Positions 47,009-61,363 of a stretch of DNA of 64,000 bases are shown in pieces. The stretch lies in contig OZ231126.1 in the NCBI GenBank assembly GCA_965153355.1, positions 41,664,001 to 41,728,000 on the forward strand. The letters run 5' to 3'. The translations under genes and the position numbers were made by a program. This stretch comes from Flaccisagitta enflata. Lineage: Eukaryota. The notes beneath the pieces are model-generated. The model was not told the DNA's origin. It worked only from the letters and a program-made list of their open reading frames with translations, and searched no databases. Position 1 is the stretch's first letter. Every line of letters begins with the position of its first letter.

Positions 47009-49571
47009 CTGTGATCCTCTGGTGAGACTGGTATTAGATGTAGGCAGATATGTACGTTGCTGGAACCAATGACAGTTTTTTTCCCTTTTTTGCAAACAAG
47101 GCTACCCCAGTCGCGTGCGGGTGGGCAGGGGCTGTGTCTGAGGTCACTTGATCATTTTGGCAGGAGCAGTGAGGCCAAAGACCGCAACAAAAAAAAAAAC
47201 AAAAAAGTAAAGTGTGACGGACCGACGGACCGACGGACCGACGGACCGACGGACCGACGGGCGGACCGATAAAGCGGGGTGTAGAGTCGCGAAGCACGCG
47301 ACTAAAAAAGTAAAGCGGGTTTGTAATATTCCTGTTTATATTGTTGCCGGGGATTGATGAAACTCGGCAGCACTAGCCGGGATCGTACCCAGGTAAATAT
47401 TGCATTTCGTTCGGCGTCATTTGCATCAATAACAAGGAAAGGCTATGTGCCCAATGCCTATACTTTTGGTGTAATTATTGGGCAACGGTGTCAAGACCCC
47501 GGTCAAGTCAAATATTTTGTCATGCATTACCCACAATATACTCTTAGATCATTATGCACCGACGGACCAAGCAGGGCTCAGCAAAATTTCTTGCTTCCTG
47601 TGAGCAAAATTTCTCAAGCTGTACCTTCCTGCAGAACACAGGGGGGAATTTCCAGACATCCTGAGGGGGCATATTCCAGGCCATAGAAGACTAATTTAGG
47701 CCACTGAAGGCATATCTAAAGAGTGGAGCGCAGAATCAAGGCTTGGAGAGCAGATTTGAGGTTTGATGGGCAAATTTGAGCAATGGAGGGCTGATTTGAT
47801 GCTTGGAGGGGTAATTGAAGGTCTGGAGGGCAGATTTGAGGTCTGGAGCTCAGATTTGAGGTGGGGGGGGGCTGATTTGAAACCTGGAAGGCTGATTTGA
47901 GGTCTGGAGGGCGAATTTTAGGCCTTGACGGCCAACGGGGGGGGGGGGGGGGGACGAAGGATGAACGGAAGGATGGACAGAAGGACGGAAGGATGGACGG
48001 AAGGACGGACCATCGGACGGAAGGACGGATGTCTGGAAATTCCCCCCTGTGTTCTACAGGACATCGGCCCTTTGGGGCCGCCGCCCAAAAAGGAAGGAAG
48101 AAGGAAGATATGGAAGGAAGGAAAGCAGCAAAGGAAGAAAAAAAGGAAGGTAGGGAGAAAGAGAGGAGGGAAGGAAGGAACGGAGAAACGGGAGGAAGGA
48201 AGCAAGGAAGTTAAGAGAGAAGGAAGGAAATGGAGCTAGGAAAGAAAGGAAAGCAGAAAGAGAAGGAAAGGAAGGAGGGAAAAAAGGGAAAGAATGGAAG
48301 GAAGGGAAGGAAAATAGGAAAGGAAGGAAGGAAGAAAGGATGGAAGGAACAAATGGTAGGAAGACAGGAGAGAAAGAAGGAGGGGAGGGAGGAAAGGAAG
48401 GGAGGAAAGAAAATAAGAAAGGGAGAAAAAAAGAAAGGAAGGAACTTTTTCCAATTATATTTTCAATATTTTTATAGTTGTTTTGAATTAGGATTTGTTT
48501 TGTGTAATTTTGTTAGTTTGTAATTATATAGTTTGGAAAATGTGTAACTGAAAAACGGAGCATGCAATCCTTGCCCTGTTGGGCTTGTGAAACTTCTCTC
48601 ATCCTTCTTTCGGTTCTTTGCTTCCTTCTCTACTGCCTCCTTCAATGTCTGTTCTTCCTTTCTTTCTTCCTTCCCTCCTTCCTTCCTTCCTTCCTTCCTT
48701 CCTTCCTTCCTTCCTTCCTTCTTTACTTCCTACCTTCCTACCTTCCTTCCTCCTTTCCTTCCTACCTTCTTTCCTTGTTTTTTTCATGTCTGCTCTCCTT
48801 TTTTCTTCCTTTCTTTCCATCCATCCTTTCTACTTTACTTTTATTAAGACAGTCTCATTCCTTCCTAACCGCCATTTCATTACATACTGCCTTTCTCTTC
48901 CTTTAAACCTTTCCTCATTGTTTTTTGGCTTCTTTTCTTCCTTTCTTCCTTTTCTTCCTCACCTCCCTTCCTCTCTTCCTTCCTTCCTTCCCGCTTCTTC
49001 CCATCTTCTCTCTTCTTTTCTTCTTTTCTTCCATTTCTTCCTGCTTTCCTTCCTGCCTTCCTTCTATTCCTACCTTCCACTTTCTTCCTTCTTTCCGCTT
49101 CTTCCTTCCTCCTTGACAACCATTTTTTTCTTCTTCTTCTTCCTCTGCCAATGTTCCATTTCCAGTAACCTTTTTTTTTCTCCCCTTTCACTTTTCTTTT
49201 TTCCCTTCCTTTCCTCTTTCTTTTCTTTCCTTCTTCTTCCTTCCTCCTTCCCTTCCTGCTGGCCTAGCTAGCTTCCTGCGAGCGCCGCTCGCGCGCTCGG
49301 CTACTTTGCCGAGCCCTGGGACCAAGAGACCGACCCACCGATGCACAAAGCTTTTCAAAGATTCGACAGTAAAAAAACAAGGCCAAGTAGGCCAAGAAGG
49401 TGCGACATGTGGATCGTCGAACGAATGCGTCACCCGACCAACCGACCGACCGACCAACGGACACAGCTAGTCATAGAGGTGTTTTGTCGCACCTAAAAAG
49501 TCGAGGAGGAAAGACTAGTTAGAAAGCAAGCAAGCGAGCATAAGCAATTGATAGCAAGCAAAACTGCGAGA

Positions 49572-49586
49572 AAAAAGAAAGAATGA

Positions 49587-49618
<32 letters not shown>

Positions 49619-49621
49619 AAA

Positions 49622-49700
<79 letters not shown>

Positions 49701-49713
49701 GAAGAAAGGAGGA

Positions 49714-49800
<87 letters not shown>

Positions 49801-49884
49801 GTGAAAGAAAGAAAGAGTGAAAGAAAGAAAGAGTGAAAGAAAGAAAGAGTGAAAGAAAGAAAGAGTGAAAGAAAGAAAGAGTGA

Positions 49885-49928
<44 letters not shown>

Positions 49929-49929
49929 A

Positions 49930-49969
<40 letters not shown>

Positions 49970-49986
49970 AAAAAAGAAAAAAAGAA

Positions 49987-50074
<88 letters not shown>

Positions 50075-50090
50075 GTGAAAGAAAGAAGAA
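49572..50090. repeat. (GAAA)n tetranucleotide microsatellite
   Basis: Direct reading. Confidence 0.95.
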
Positions 50091-51577
50091 GCACTGACAC
50101 ACAGAAAGATAAAAAGGTCAGTTAATGCTCGTCTGTCTCAACAATGGGAAATGGATTAGGAAGAAATTCCGGCGTTCAGGTTTTTTTGTGCGCGTTCAGA
50201 TGGGCTTCTTATCACGCGTACGCAACGCTGTAGTCAGTTAACCTATACATCTGTATCTGTACATCATTCAGGCGTTAAAGCCTTTTTTTTAGTCGCGTGC
50301 ACGCGACTCTACACCCCGCTTTGTCCGTCCGTCGGTCCGTCCGTCGGTCCGTCACACTTTACTTTTTTTGTAATATAACGTCAACTCTTAGGTAGTTTTA
50401 GGTCTTTTTTAGTCATTAACAGTTATTCTAAGTCATTTTGAGTCATTCTAAGTCATTTTAAGTTATTCCAAGTCATTTTAAGTTATTTTAGGTCATTTTT
50501 GGTCATTAGGTTTTTTAGTCAGTTTAAGTCCTTTTTGGACATTTTAAGTCATTTTAAGTCATTCTAAGTCATTCTAAGTCATTCTAAGTCATTCTAAGTC
50601 ATTTTTACCCTGTAAATCTCGCACGCGACTTATACAGGGTGTATCACATCAAACAGGACAAAAGAAAACGATGTATTTTTGCTTCTAGAAGTGCAAAATC
50701 ATTTCTGAAAACTGTTTCTAAAAGATAACTTCAGACGATTTTTGAATGATACAGACTTTTGCTAGTCATGGTTAAGATATATCCTCAGCAAAACCATGAA
50801 AAAATGCCTTTTTTTAGCAAAAAATGCTAATTTCTATCCAAATTCAAGGTTTTTCCTTAGATTTTTCAAGTCATATTCACATATAGATGACAAAAAATGG
50901 TCAGAAATGTTTGTCAGTTACGCTAGGACACTGAAGATTGGGATTCCCTCATGACCTTTGTCAAAATTGTATCATTCAATATAGTTATTGAAATTTTTAT
51001 CAATGCACATAAAACTTTTTTGTAATGAAACTTACAAAAAAGTCTCTGGACCTAACCAATATTGTACAATTTTCTCATTTTTTTGCAGAGGTATGATTCT
51101 ACCTCACAATATCTTTAATTCAAGACCATTGCCAGGATTGTAGCACCATTTGTTTGGAAATGAGAGTAGGATAAAAAGATGCTTGTCAATATACAACAAA
51201 ACAAGCAAAAACTAAAAGTAAAAACTATACTTTGCTTTAAACAATACAAAGGGATTCAGTTTTCTTAATGAGCCTTTGGCAAAATACAGATATAAAAATC
51301 GTTTTTTAAGAGCTTTCTGAACCTGTTAACAGAATCATTCTACCATTTCTAGAAGCAAAGATACATCGTTTTCTTTTGTCCTGTTTGGCGTGGTACTCCC
51401 TGTAGGTGTTGGCCTTGTTTTCTGTTTGTTTGTTTTGGTTGTTTTTGTTTTGTTTTTTGTTTTTTGTTTTTTGTTTTTTGTTTTTTGTTTTTTGTGTTTT
51501 GTGTTTTGTGTTTTGTGTTTTGTGTTTTGTGTTTTGTGTTTTGTTTTTGTTTTTTGTTTTTTGTTTTTTGTTTTTTG

Positions 51578-51609
<32 letters not shown>

Positions 51610-53540
51610 GTTTGCAAACGTCCTTGTTCACATGCGTCGTTGGCTATCTACATCAGTAAACCACTGCTATCAAAACACAACAACCGATAAAACCGCATCA
51701 CCCCCACGATCAATAAAGCCGATTGATTTGGGATTCCCAGCCAGAAATGGTCGCACAGAAGAAGATATAAGAAAGATCGAGAAAAGGTCTTCCCTCGTGT
51801 GAGGTTGAAGTGATCATCGCTTGAAGCGATTCGCTTCTAATTAACCTTTTAAATTTCCGATGGTACCGATGGTACAGACAGTGAATATCATACGGTATGC
51901 GGAACAGGGTACTCAGTATCAATTTTGCATGACATATAATCGGATAAATCGTTAATAAAAACAAGGCCGGATACATGGCTACCCCAGTCGCGTGCGGGTG
52001 GGCAGGGGCCATATTTGAGGTCACTTGATCATTTGGGCAGGAGCAGTGAGGCCAAAGCTGCATGAGCAAAAAAAAAACAGTAAAGCGTGACGAACGGACC
52101 GACGGACCGACAAAGCGGGGTGTATAGTCACGTAGCACGCGACTAAAAAGAGCAAAATATTCTTCATTCAAGGCTAATCATGCACCAGTTACCCAAATTG
52201 TTTTTGAAAACGTCACCTCATTTCAGGAGAAGAAATCTGCTCAGATTTGATCACATCTGCTCAGGTCTGCTCGATTGAAATCCCATTGATAGATGAGACA
52301 TGCACATATTTTGATGCAAAAAACGTCAATTATTTCAAGGCTATGGTTTCTCGTTCTAGCATCTCTGAGATAAGGCTTTACAGAATCCGATATCTCAGGT
52401 GGATGACCTATTGACTCGGTCTTATTGTTTTTAGTCGCGTGAATGCGACTCTAGAAGCCGCTGTGTCGGTCGGTCCGTCACGTAACTTTTTTGAAATATG
52501 GCTCTAATCTTCATTTTAAAGGTACTTTAGGGTACTTTAGGGTACTTTAGGGTACTTTAGGGTATAAAGATAGGTATTTTTTGGTAATTATTAGTAATTA
52601 TGTAATTACCTTGATTACCTTGATTACCTTTATTACCTTTATTACCACGCGACTAAGGTTTGTTGACCTTGTTTCTTTTGTCATCATCTGTTTTCCTTTT
52701 GACAGCCAGTTGACGATTGAAGTAGAAAATTCATCAAGAGATCAATTCTTGACAGAACAACATTTTCGCGAGGGCAAATTCTAGGCTTAAGTCACAAATA
52801 CGATGGGCTGTCAACGTCAGACCCAAATGAATGGGAAGGAGAAGGTGGGTGGTGGAGGAAGAGGAGGAAAAACAATAAACATTTGTTTGCATCTAATGAA
52901 AAGGAAACAACATCTAGGGGCAGTGCGAGGGAAGTCAGAGTCAAACCAATAAATCTACAAGAAAACCTATCTATTAGCAGACAAGCACGACGGCGAAAAG
53001 CAGCGAGGAGTGCGATAGTAACCACGATGAGGAAAAACAGTCACTGGTCACTTCAGTATTGATAAGACAGCGGGATTTAAAAACAAGCGTGCAGTAAGTA
53101 GAGATCATCGACACTAGCTAAAAACCAATTGGTTATCAAAAGTTTTGTTTCCCTTTAATGTCTTCTTATAAGTTTCGACATCGTCACTGCTAAATGTTGT
53201 TGCCGTCATACCATTTCCGTTTTGTTTCTACAGTATGCAGCAGACTGTAAGACGTGCTCTTTGAAATTTGGTTCCCACTCAGTCTCAGTCTACATATGTT
53301 ACTGATATATGCTCAGTCTACATACGTTACTGATATATGCTTCGCATATTAACAAAGGATGTTTGAAGGAATGAATGCATTGATGAGTGAATGATTGAAT
53401 TAATGAATGAGTAAACGAGTGAATCAATGAATGAATGAAAGAATGATATGCTCAGAACATTTTTCCTTTCTGTAAGAAAAAATGTAGTAATTAGATGGTG
53501 GTTTTCTTCCACTTTTTAGTCGAGAAATAAGGATAGAAAC

Positions 53541-53963
53541 TAGGACTCGAAGTAGTAAACTTTAACTAGTTAGTTAACTAGTTAAAATATTAAAAACCCA
53601 AGTAGTTAACTAATCAATATTAACTAGTTGACTAATTAACTCATTTTGGGTGCAAAATAACGAAAATCAGCTATTTTTCTTTAAATTTCAGGGATTTTTA
53701 GAAAAATTCACAACATTTTGCAAGGGATGGAATTCTTTTTTATAGTTTAAACAAAAAAACATATAATATTTGAGCCAAAATTAACTGGAGCAAAAATGCC
53801 TTTGTAAAAATTCAATGGAAATGGCAGTTTTAATGAAAATCTTTCATTGGAAATAACAAAAAAAAGCTAAAATCCTTAACTACTTTTGGTATTTAACTAC
53901 TAAAAAAAAAGTTAGTTAACTATTAACTAGTCAATTCTAAAACCTTAACTACTTCAAGTCCTA
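53541..53963. mobile_element. hAT-type MITE with 8-bp TSD ATAGAAAC
   Basis: TAGGACTCGAAGTAGT ... ACTACTTCAAGTCCTA; ATAGAAAC at 53533-53540 and 53964-53971. Confidence 0.85.
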
Positions 53964-55735
53964 ATAGAAACAAACGGACTAAGAGAGAATCTTGTCACTG
54001 AGCAAGTAAAAAAAAAATTGTAGGTGATCCCGGATTGAGTGAGAGAGAGAGAGAGAGAGAGATATGAAAAGTGAGAAGTCTGTCTCTCTCCCTTTTTCTT
54101 CACCTTTTCCTTTGTCTGTCAGTCAGTAGGTTGTGACGTTTTTTGACCATGATGTCGAGTGACCGACACCATGGGGTGTGACTGTAGATTCCGACAGTCA
54201 CGACTTAAGTTCTCCCAACTCTAGCAGTAAGATTTATGGTGATAACATTTCTAGTCACGGACTCGGGATTCTAATATTGGTCTGTTCATAATCATTGAGT
54301 TAAAAAGTGTGAAATAAGATGCTGCGGTTGTGAATGCGATTGTGTGATTGTGAGTTTGTGTGTGAGAAAATGATCTTATGATATTGTAGCCCAAGATTGC
54401 GCGTTTTTTATTCATTCTTGTTAGGGCATCACTATTCAAGGAAGCATTTCAGAGAATGCCATACTGCATCAGTTTTCTCTCAATTTTGTGTTTTTTTTGA
54501 AAGTGACAAATGCTTTTTCATAAAAAGGAGCTTGTCAAAATCATACCCTTACTTCTAAAATAAAATTTTCTACCCAATTCAACTGTAAGAAGGGCTAAAT
54601 GCAAAAAATCTGACAAATGAATTCATAATTTTGTCCAGGGCAAAAACTTAAATGATGATTTTTGTGGTACTTGCTGTCATGTTATTGTTCAATTGAGCTA
54701 AACAATTTTCTAGAAATAAGGAATACCAGTAGTGGCGGCTGACGCCATGAAATAAAAAATTGTAAGCAGTGGTCACTTTACACCAAGCCTTTGTCTTCAG
54801 GCACTCCAATTTTCTTTATTTGTTATAACGTTAACTAAGCCAAATAAGCTAGATGATCTTAACTACTCAAAATCACTCAACCAGACAACCAGCTATGCCC
54901 ACTGACATGTTTTCTTGTATTTGCATGCTTACATCAAAACATTTATCCCATTTAAAATCAGAAAAAAAGATTGAGCTAAATGAGCTTAACGAGCTAGAAC
55001 ACTAAAAAACACCCTCACGGATGAACAGCTATGCTCACTGACATGCTTTCTTGTATTTGCATGCTCAAACATGTATCAAAACATTTATTCATTTATCCCA
55101 TTTAGAATCAGAAAAAAAATTGAGCTAAATGAGCTAATTGAGCTAGAATACTGAAAAACACCCTCACAGATGAGCAGTTATGCTCATGAATATTTTTTCT
55201 TGTAATTGCATGCTCAAACAAACATCAATACTCTTCCTTATTGATCCTGCACAAATTTGTTTTTTAAAAATCAATTGAAATTTTCTATAAAAAGATCTTA
55301 AAAAAAACCAGGCCTGTGGGTGGGGGGGGGGAATCAAAGGGTCTGGAGATGGGGAAGGAAATCTAAGCGGGAAAAAGAGAAAAAGAGGAAATTTGGGGAA
55401 GATAAAACTTTTTACAGTACCAAATCATAAAACTCAATTAGTAGAACACAATTTAACACTGTTTAAACCTTAACAACATAGTTTTATTGCTATATGGGGA
55501 AGAAAATCATGGATATAAAAACGCGACGCGACGTGTCGCGGGGAAGAAAATCAAAGGCAGGGGGGGAAAAAAATCAAAAGCGACTCAAGAATATACATCC
55601 CTGAAAAAAAACATAACTCTAAAAATATTTGTACTACAACATTCTACTTGGCGCCAAATGGAAGAGAATTTTAAAATTTACTTACTCTATCAATTCTATT
55701 GGCGACCACATTCTGTAAATCTGTAACATAAAACA

Positions 55736-55835
55736 GTGAGATTAAAACCCGAGGTTGCTTGGAATCACTCGGGTTTTGCTTGGGGTTGCTTGGGGTTGCT
55801 CAGGGTTGCTCGGGGTTGGCTCAGAATTGCCTCAG

Positions 55836-55906
<71 letters not shown>

Positions 55907-55961
55907 GTTGTTGTTGACAGAGAGAGAGAATTGTTGTTGTTGTTGTCGTTGTTGCTGTTGC

Positions 55962-55995
<34 letters not shown>

Positions 55996-56209
55996 CATAT
56001 TGGTGTGGTGGTTTTTAGTAAATAATTGAAGGATTTCTGTCAATCCTAAGCAAACCCCGAGCATCCTCATGCAAACCCCAAGCAAATCCCGAGCAATCCC
56101 CAAGCTTGGGTTGCTTGGGGTTTGCTCGGGGTTAACTTGGGGTTTACTTGGGGTTCAACCCTGAGCAACCCCAAGCAGCCTCAAGCAACCCCCAGGGTTT
56201 GATCTCACC
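55736..56209. mobile_element. Foldback MITE with GGGGTTGCTT subterminal repeats and central microsatellites
   Basis: GTGAGATTAAAACCC...GGGTTTGATCTCAC inverted ends; 10-bp GGGGTTGCT(T/C) repeats on both strands. Confidence 0.55.
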
Positions 56210-56486
56210 CCAAATCAAGGGGTGTACTTCCTCATAAGAAAATAAAAACCATGTTTCTCTGGAATATGTCAAAAAGTCAAAGACTGACTTCAAATTTTTT
56301 TTCCCGATTAGAGATTACATTAAACTGCTGGTTTGTTTGTGCATAATCGAAATAAAAAAAAAAACACGCAAAAGATGAACAAATTCCTTCAAAAAAAGAT
56401 TAAAACCACTAGAATCAGCATACACACCTTGGAGCTTGTCCACTGACTGTTTAGGCTTAGTATTTAGTATTGGGAAGGAAAGAGTG

Positions 56487-56636
<150 letters not shown>

Positions 56637-56792
56637 TCTCTCTCTCTTTTTGTTTCTTTGCCGAAGGGGAAAGAAGGACAAGGGATGAGAGGAAAGCAAA
56701 AAAAGAAATAGAAAATGAAAGGAGAGATCTGGAAAACAAAACCTCGAGGCCCTGAAGATGTTTGCGTGACTCTGCGTCTTTGTATATTTGTC

Positions 56793-57017
<225 letters not shown>

Positions 57018-57047
57018 GTGTGTGGGTGTGTGCGTGTGCGTGCGTGC

Positions 57048-57134
<87 letters not shown>

Positions 57135-60100
57135 CGTGTGTGTGTGTGTTTCTGTGCAAAAAGGCAATTCACTCTCGAGCCTGAAAATGTCTACAGCTGC
57201 ACTCATCTTCGTTGTGAACACAATTCAGCAATTAAACGATTTAGCTAATCTAAGCTAAGAAATTATGAAGCTTTTTTTCTCGCTCACTTCTCCATCTTCC
57301 TTTTCGTCGACGTCAAATTCAAAATCTCCTCGCTTTCATTTTCTTCTGCTCCTCCCCAACTGTCTGCTCCTCCTCCATACCTCCTTCCAGGCTCGAATCC
57401 AAGCCTGGTGGGTAAAATATAGCCTCAAGGCTCCAATCCTTGCTCAAATCCAGGTCAAGCCACTGACACTGCCCCTCTCACTACCACTTTCTAACATGCA
57501 CTTACTTAGTGGCAATGGGTACCGCTGACCTACTGACGCTTTTTCGACTACCATTGTATCAGAGAGAAACCGCTATCAGTCCATTAGCACACAAACTACT
57601 TTTTTCTAAATTCGTTGTTGGGTCGGTAAAGCTGTTCAGATTCTGGAGTACAATCATTTTTTATTCAAAGAAAATCAAATCGGTCCTATTGGTCCTATCG
57701 GTCCTATTGGTCCTATTGGTCCCATTTGAAATCTGGATTTGTTCTAACTTTTTCCAATGTGACCGAGCTAGTATTAGTGGCTTGATTTGTCTAGGAGCAG
57801 CTTTCTTTCAATGTTAATGTTAATTCTTAAAATTACATATTGGCAAAATAGTACATTAAGACTTTGATGGGTCGGTGCGATGTGGCCTTGTATGTCTGAG
57901 ATGGGAAATGCGAATGCTTCTTCCCATCTTCATCTTCTTTTTCAAGTTGCAGCAAATGAAGAACGCAAAAGTAGACAGCAAAAGTAGACAGTCGGCGGTC
58001 TTCATTTCGAATGCAAACTTTTTTTCCTTTTCCTAATGAGCAAGCTAGCTTGTCAATTACCGCTCGAAGACTTTTGAAATTTCTTCCTCTTATATGACTA
58101 ATTTGTTGGTGAAGAGCTTTCTTAAGTGTTTATGCGCTTGATTCAAGGAAGTTGTATGATATTTTCAGTTTTATCCGGAGCATTTTTCGGAGAGGTAGAT
58201 CTCGATATATAACTAACAAATGAACGATTCTACAAGCCTTTGGTCCTAAATCATCAACCCTCTGCCTCAAGCCCTCAGCCTCAAGGTCTCAGCCTTTAGC
58301 CCTCAGCCCTGAGCTACTTGCAAATCCGTCAGGCTTTAAATTCCCCCTATCCTATAGGATCCCCACCCCACTATAGGGACCCTACCCCACTAGTCGGCAA
58401 GTCTCCATCTTTCGAGCTGAAGACCTTCCTACTCGAACCATGTTTGCTCTACACTTAAAGGTGTGTCTGCATTAATCAGCTTATTCGGATATTTTATTTG
58501 AATAGTAAATTTTGTAAATTCACTATGTAGAATATCCGGATATTGATATCCACATAAAATATCCAAATAATAAGGTGAATGCAGACGCACCCAGAGTTGG
58601 GTAGTTGGCAAGTTCCGTAAGCAACAGTGAAGTGAACAAGGACGGATACACGGCTACCGAAGTCGCATGCGGGTGGGCAGGGGCCATATTTGAGGTCACT
58701 AGACCATTTGGGCAGGTGCAGTGAGGTCAATGAAATAAAATCATAAACAAGTGACGCGGGGTCACAATATCGTTGCGGACGGGTGGGCAGGGGCAGCCAA
58801 CCTCCAGCCTCACCCCAACCCCCTTCCCACACACTAACATACACCCACAGTCCCACACACATTCAATGACAACTGCAGCATTGTAAATGCGCGTTTCTTG
58901 CGTTTTCAACTCGAGCGTGACGGATCGACGGACCAACCGACGGACGGACGGACGGACGGACAAAGTCTCTTACAGAGTTGCGTGTCCGCAAAAAGTAAAA
59001 CCGGACCGACCGACCGACCAACCAATCGACCGACGGACGGACGGACAAAGCGGGTTGTAGAGTCACGTGCACGCGACTAAGAAATTGTGAATCCACGATA
59101 GACAATGAAATGCGTCGTTTTGAGAATCCGTTTAACTTCGCGATGTTTTCACGGGCATAAACGCGCGCGGAATAAGACTCGGTCCCTAACGTAATCTCGT
59201 TACAAACAACGTTTACGTTCGAGTCTTTAGCGTAGCGTTGCTACTATGGCCTGGCAAGGAAACGCTCTTCTGCGCTCGCTACAAACGGGCAGACTCAGGG
59301 GAGCGGAAAAAAAGAAACAAATAGACTAGATCTGTTTCGGTAAACAGCTCTCGCGAATCGCGATGTTGAGAAGATTCCGGAGAATAACAAGACCGGATAC
59401 ACCGCTGCCCCAGTCGCGTGCGTGCGGGCGGGCGGGAGCAATGATGTGGGAGTCCACAAAGACAGTGTTATTTCGAAACTTAAGATTGCCATGAGACTCA
59501 CAAAAATTTTAAATTTGTGTCGGAAACTATCTGAGAAAAAATTTTGCTTTTCGAGATATTAACAAAATATGGGCACCTGTCCTCTAAAGACCTACTAAAG
59601 ACTACATTTCGATGGGCCATGAACTGTTATCTATTCCAGCGTTACATAACGACGGACTGATGGACGAATGGGATGCGTAGACGTATCTGATGCGGTATTT
59701 CAACCGCTAAGTCAATTTTTGACAGAAAAAACTGGGCAAGTTTAATGAAATGCTGGCCCCCTGACTGAATTTGAAATACAAACCGAAGTCTAGGATGGCT
59801 GGGTTCCTACCTTAAATCTTCTTCTTTTTTTTCTTAGATTCTTTTTAGTCGCGAGCTACGCGACTCTACACCCCGCTTTGTCGGTCCGTCGGTCGGTTGG
59901 TCGGTTGGTCAGTCGGTTGGTCCCTTTTTACTTTTCAGCGTATTTAAGCTTTTTGGGCTCACAGCTGCTTCCCAAATGCCATTATAAGACATCCTAAGTC
60001 ATTTTAAGTCATTCTAAGTCAATCTAAGTCATTCTAAGTCATTTTAAGTTATAATAAGTCACTAAAGTCAATAAGGTCAAAATGGTCATTAAAGTCATTT

Positions 60101-61269
60101 AAAGTCATTTTAAGTCATTTCAGGTCACCTTGAGTCATCTAAACTCAATCTAAGTCATCTTAAGACAGCGTCCCCCTGAAGGCAACATTTGTGTTTCAAA
60201 GAGGGTTAAAATGGAAATTTTAAATGAATGGAAATGGAAAAACAAATGAATAAAAATGATTCAGATAGCTCAGACATAATATCTAAAAGAAAAATTTGCA
60301 TATATTTAGCAAGAAGGATCAAGTTTAGCCAATGTTACTAAAAAAGATTTATTGAAATTTTTTATTTTTTTCATTTTTGGTTATAAACAGGGGGCTGGTC
60401 TAAATTCTGAATTTGCATAGAAAATGAAAATATCAAAAAAAAAAAAAGAACATAGTTCTCTTCCCAAATCGATTACAGAGAGAACTATGTTTCTCAAAAT
60501 GCAAAATTTCCCTGATTATGGCTTTCTTAGAATTTAAACCACAGAAAATTTAAAAAAATGTAAGCAGAAATTTACTAAAAACTATCATTTTCCTGCTTAT
60601 TTTCATGTCAATTGCATAGTTCATATTAATTTTTAAGTCAGAGTATGATAAAAAGGTATAAACCAGGTGTCTTCGGAGACAAAATGTCTACTAAAAGCAT
60701 TCCAGCTTCATTATTGTCCTGATAATGATGCAAAAAATATGGTGAAACACTTAATTTTCCTTCGAAAATTCGCCGTCTTAAGCTGTTTATGCCCTGCACG
60801 CGACTTATAGGTGTTGGCCTTGTTAACTCTCCCTCCCTGCTTTCTCTCCTCCGACCTCCCTTCTTTTCTCTACCTCCATTCGTTCATGTCCCTTTCTTTC
60901 TTGTAATCACTCAATTTCCTTGAGGAAGCGCGATAAACAAGAATTGCGTGTAGAAAGATAGCCTTTAAAGTTGCCAGCGCATCCATCATTGCAAATGAGG
61001 GAATTTACTGGCTTTGTCATTCCCCATATCTCACATTTCGCGAGTTGCCGAAGACTCAAAGGTAGAAGCTTGAATCGGCGCCTCTCCACGTTTTCCTGAT
61101 TTACAAATTCAACCACCACTACCGCTATCGTCACCACCACCAAATGCTTTCCATTACCACCAGCGGCCGCCACCGTCACCACCACCTAACGCTATCCATC
61201 ACCACCAACAGGCAACAACCGCCATCGCCACCGCCACCACTGATCAACAACAGGCACGGTGTATCAATA

Positions 61270-61363
61270 GTGCTTTCACGCTCAAGGAAAAAACATGATA
61301 ATCATGTTTTTCCAATGAATAAAACCTTATTATCAGGATTTCTCCCTTGAGCGTGAAAGCACT
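61270..61363. repeat. Short hairpin or mini-MITE
   Basis: GTGCTTTCACGCTCAAGG ... CCTTGAGCGTGAAAGCAC perfect inverted ends with further imperfect pairing. Confidence 0.7.
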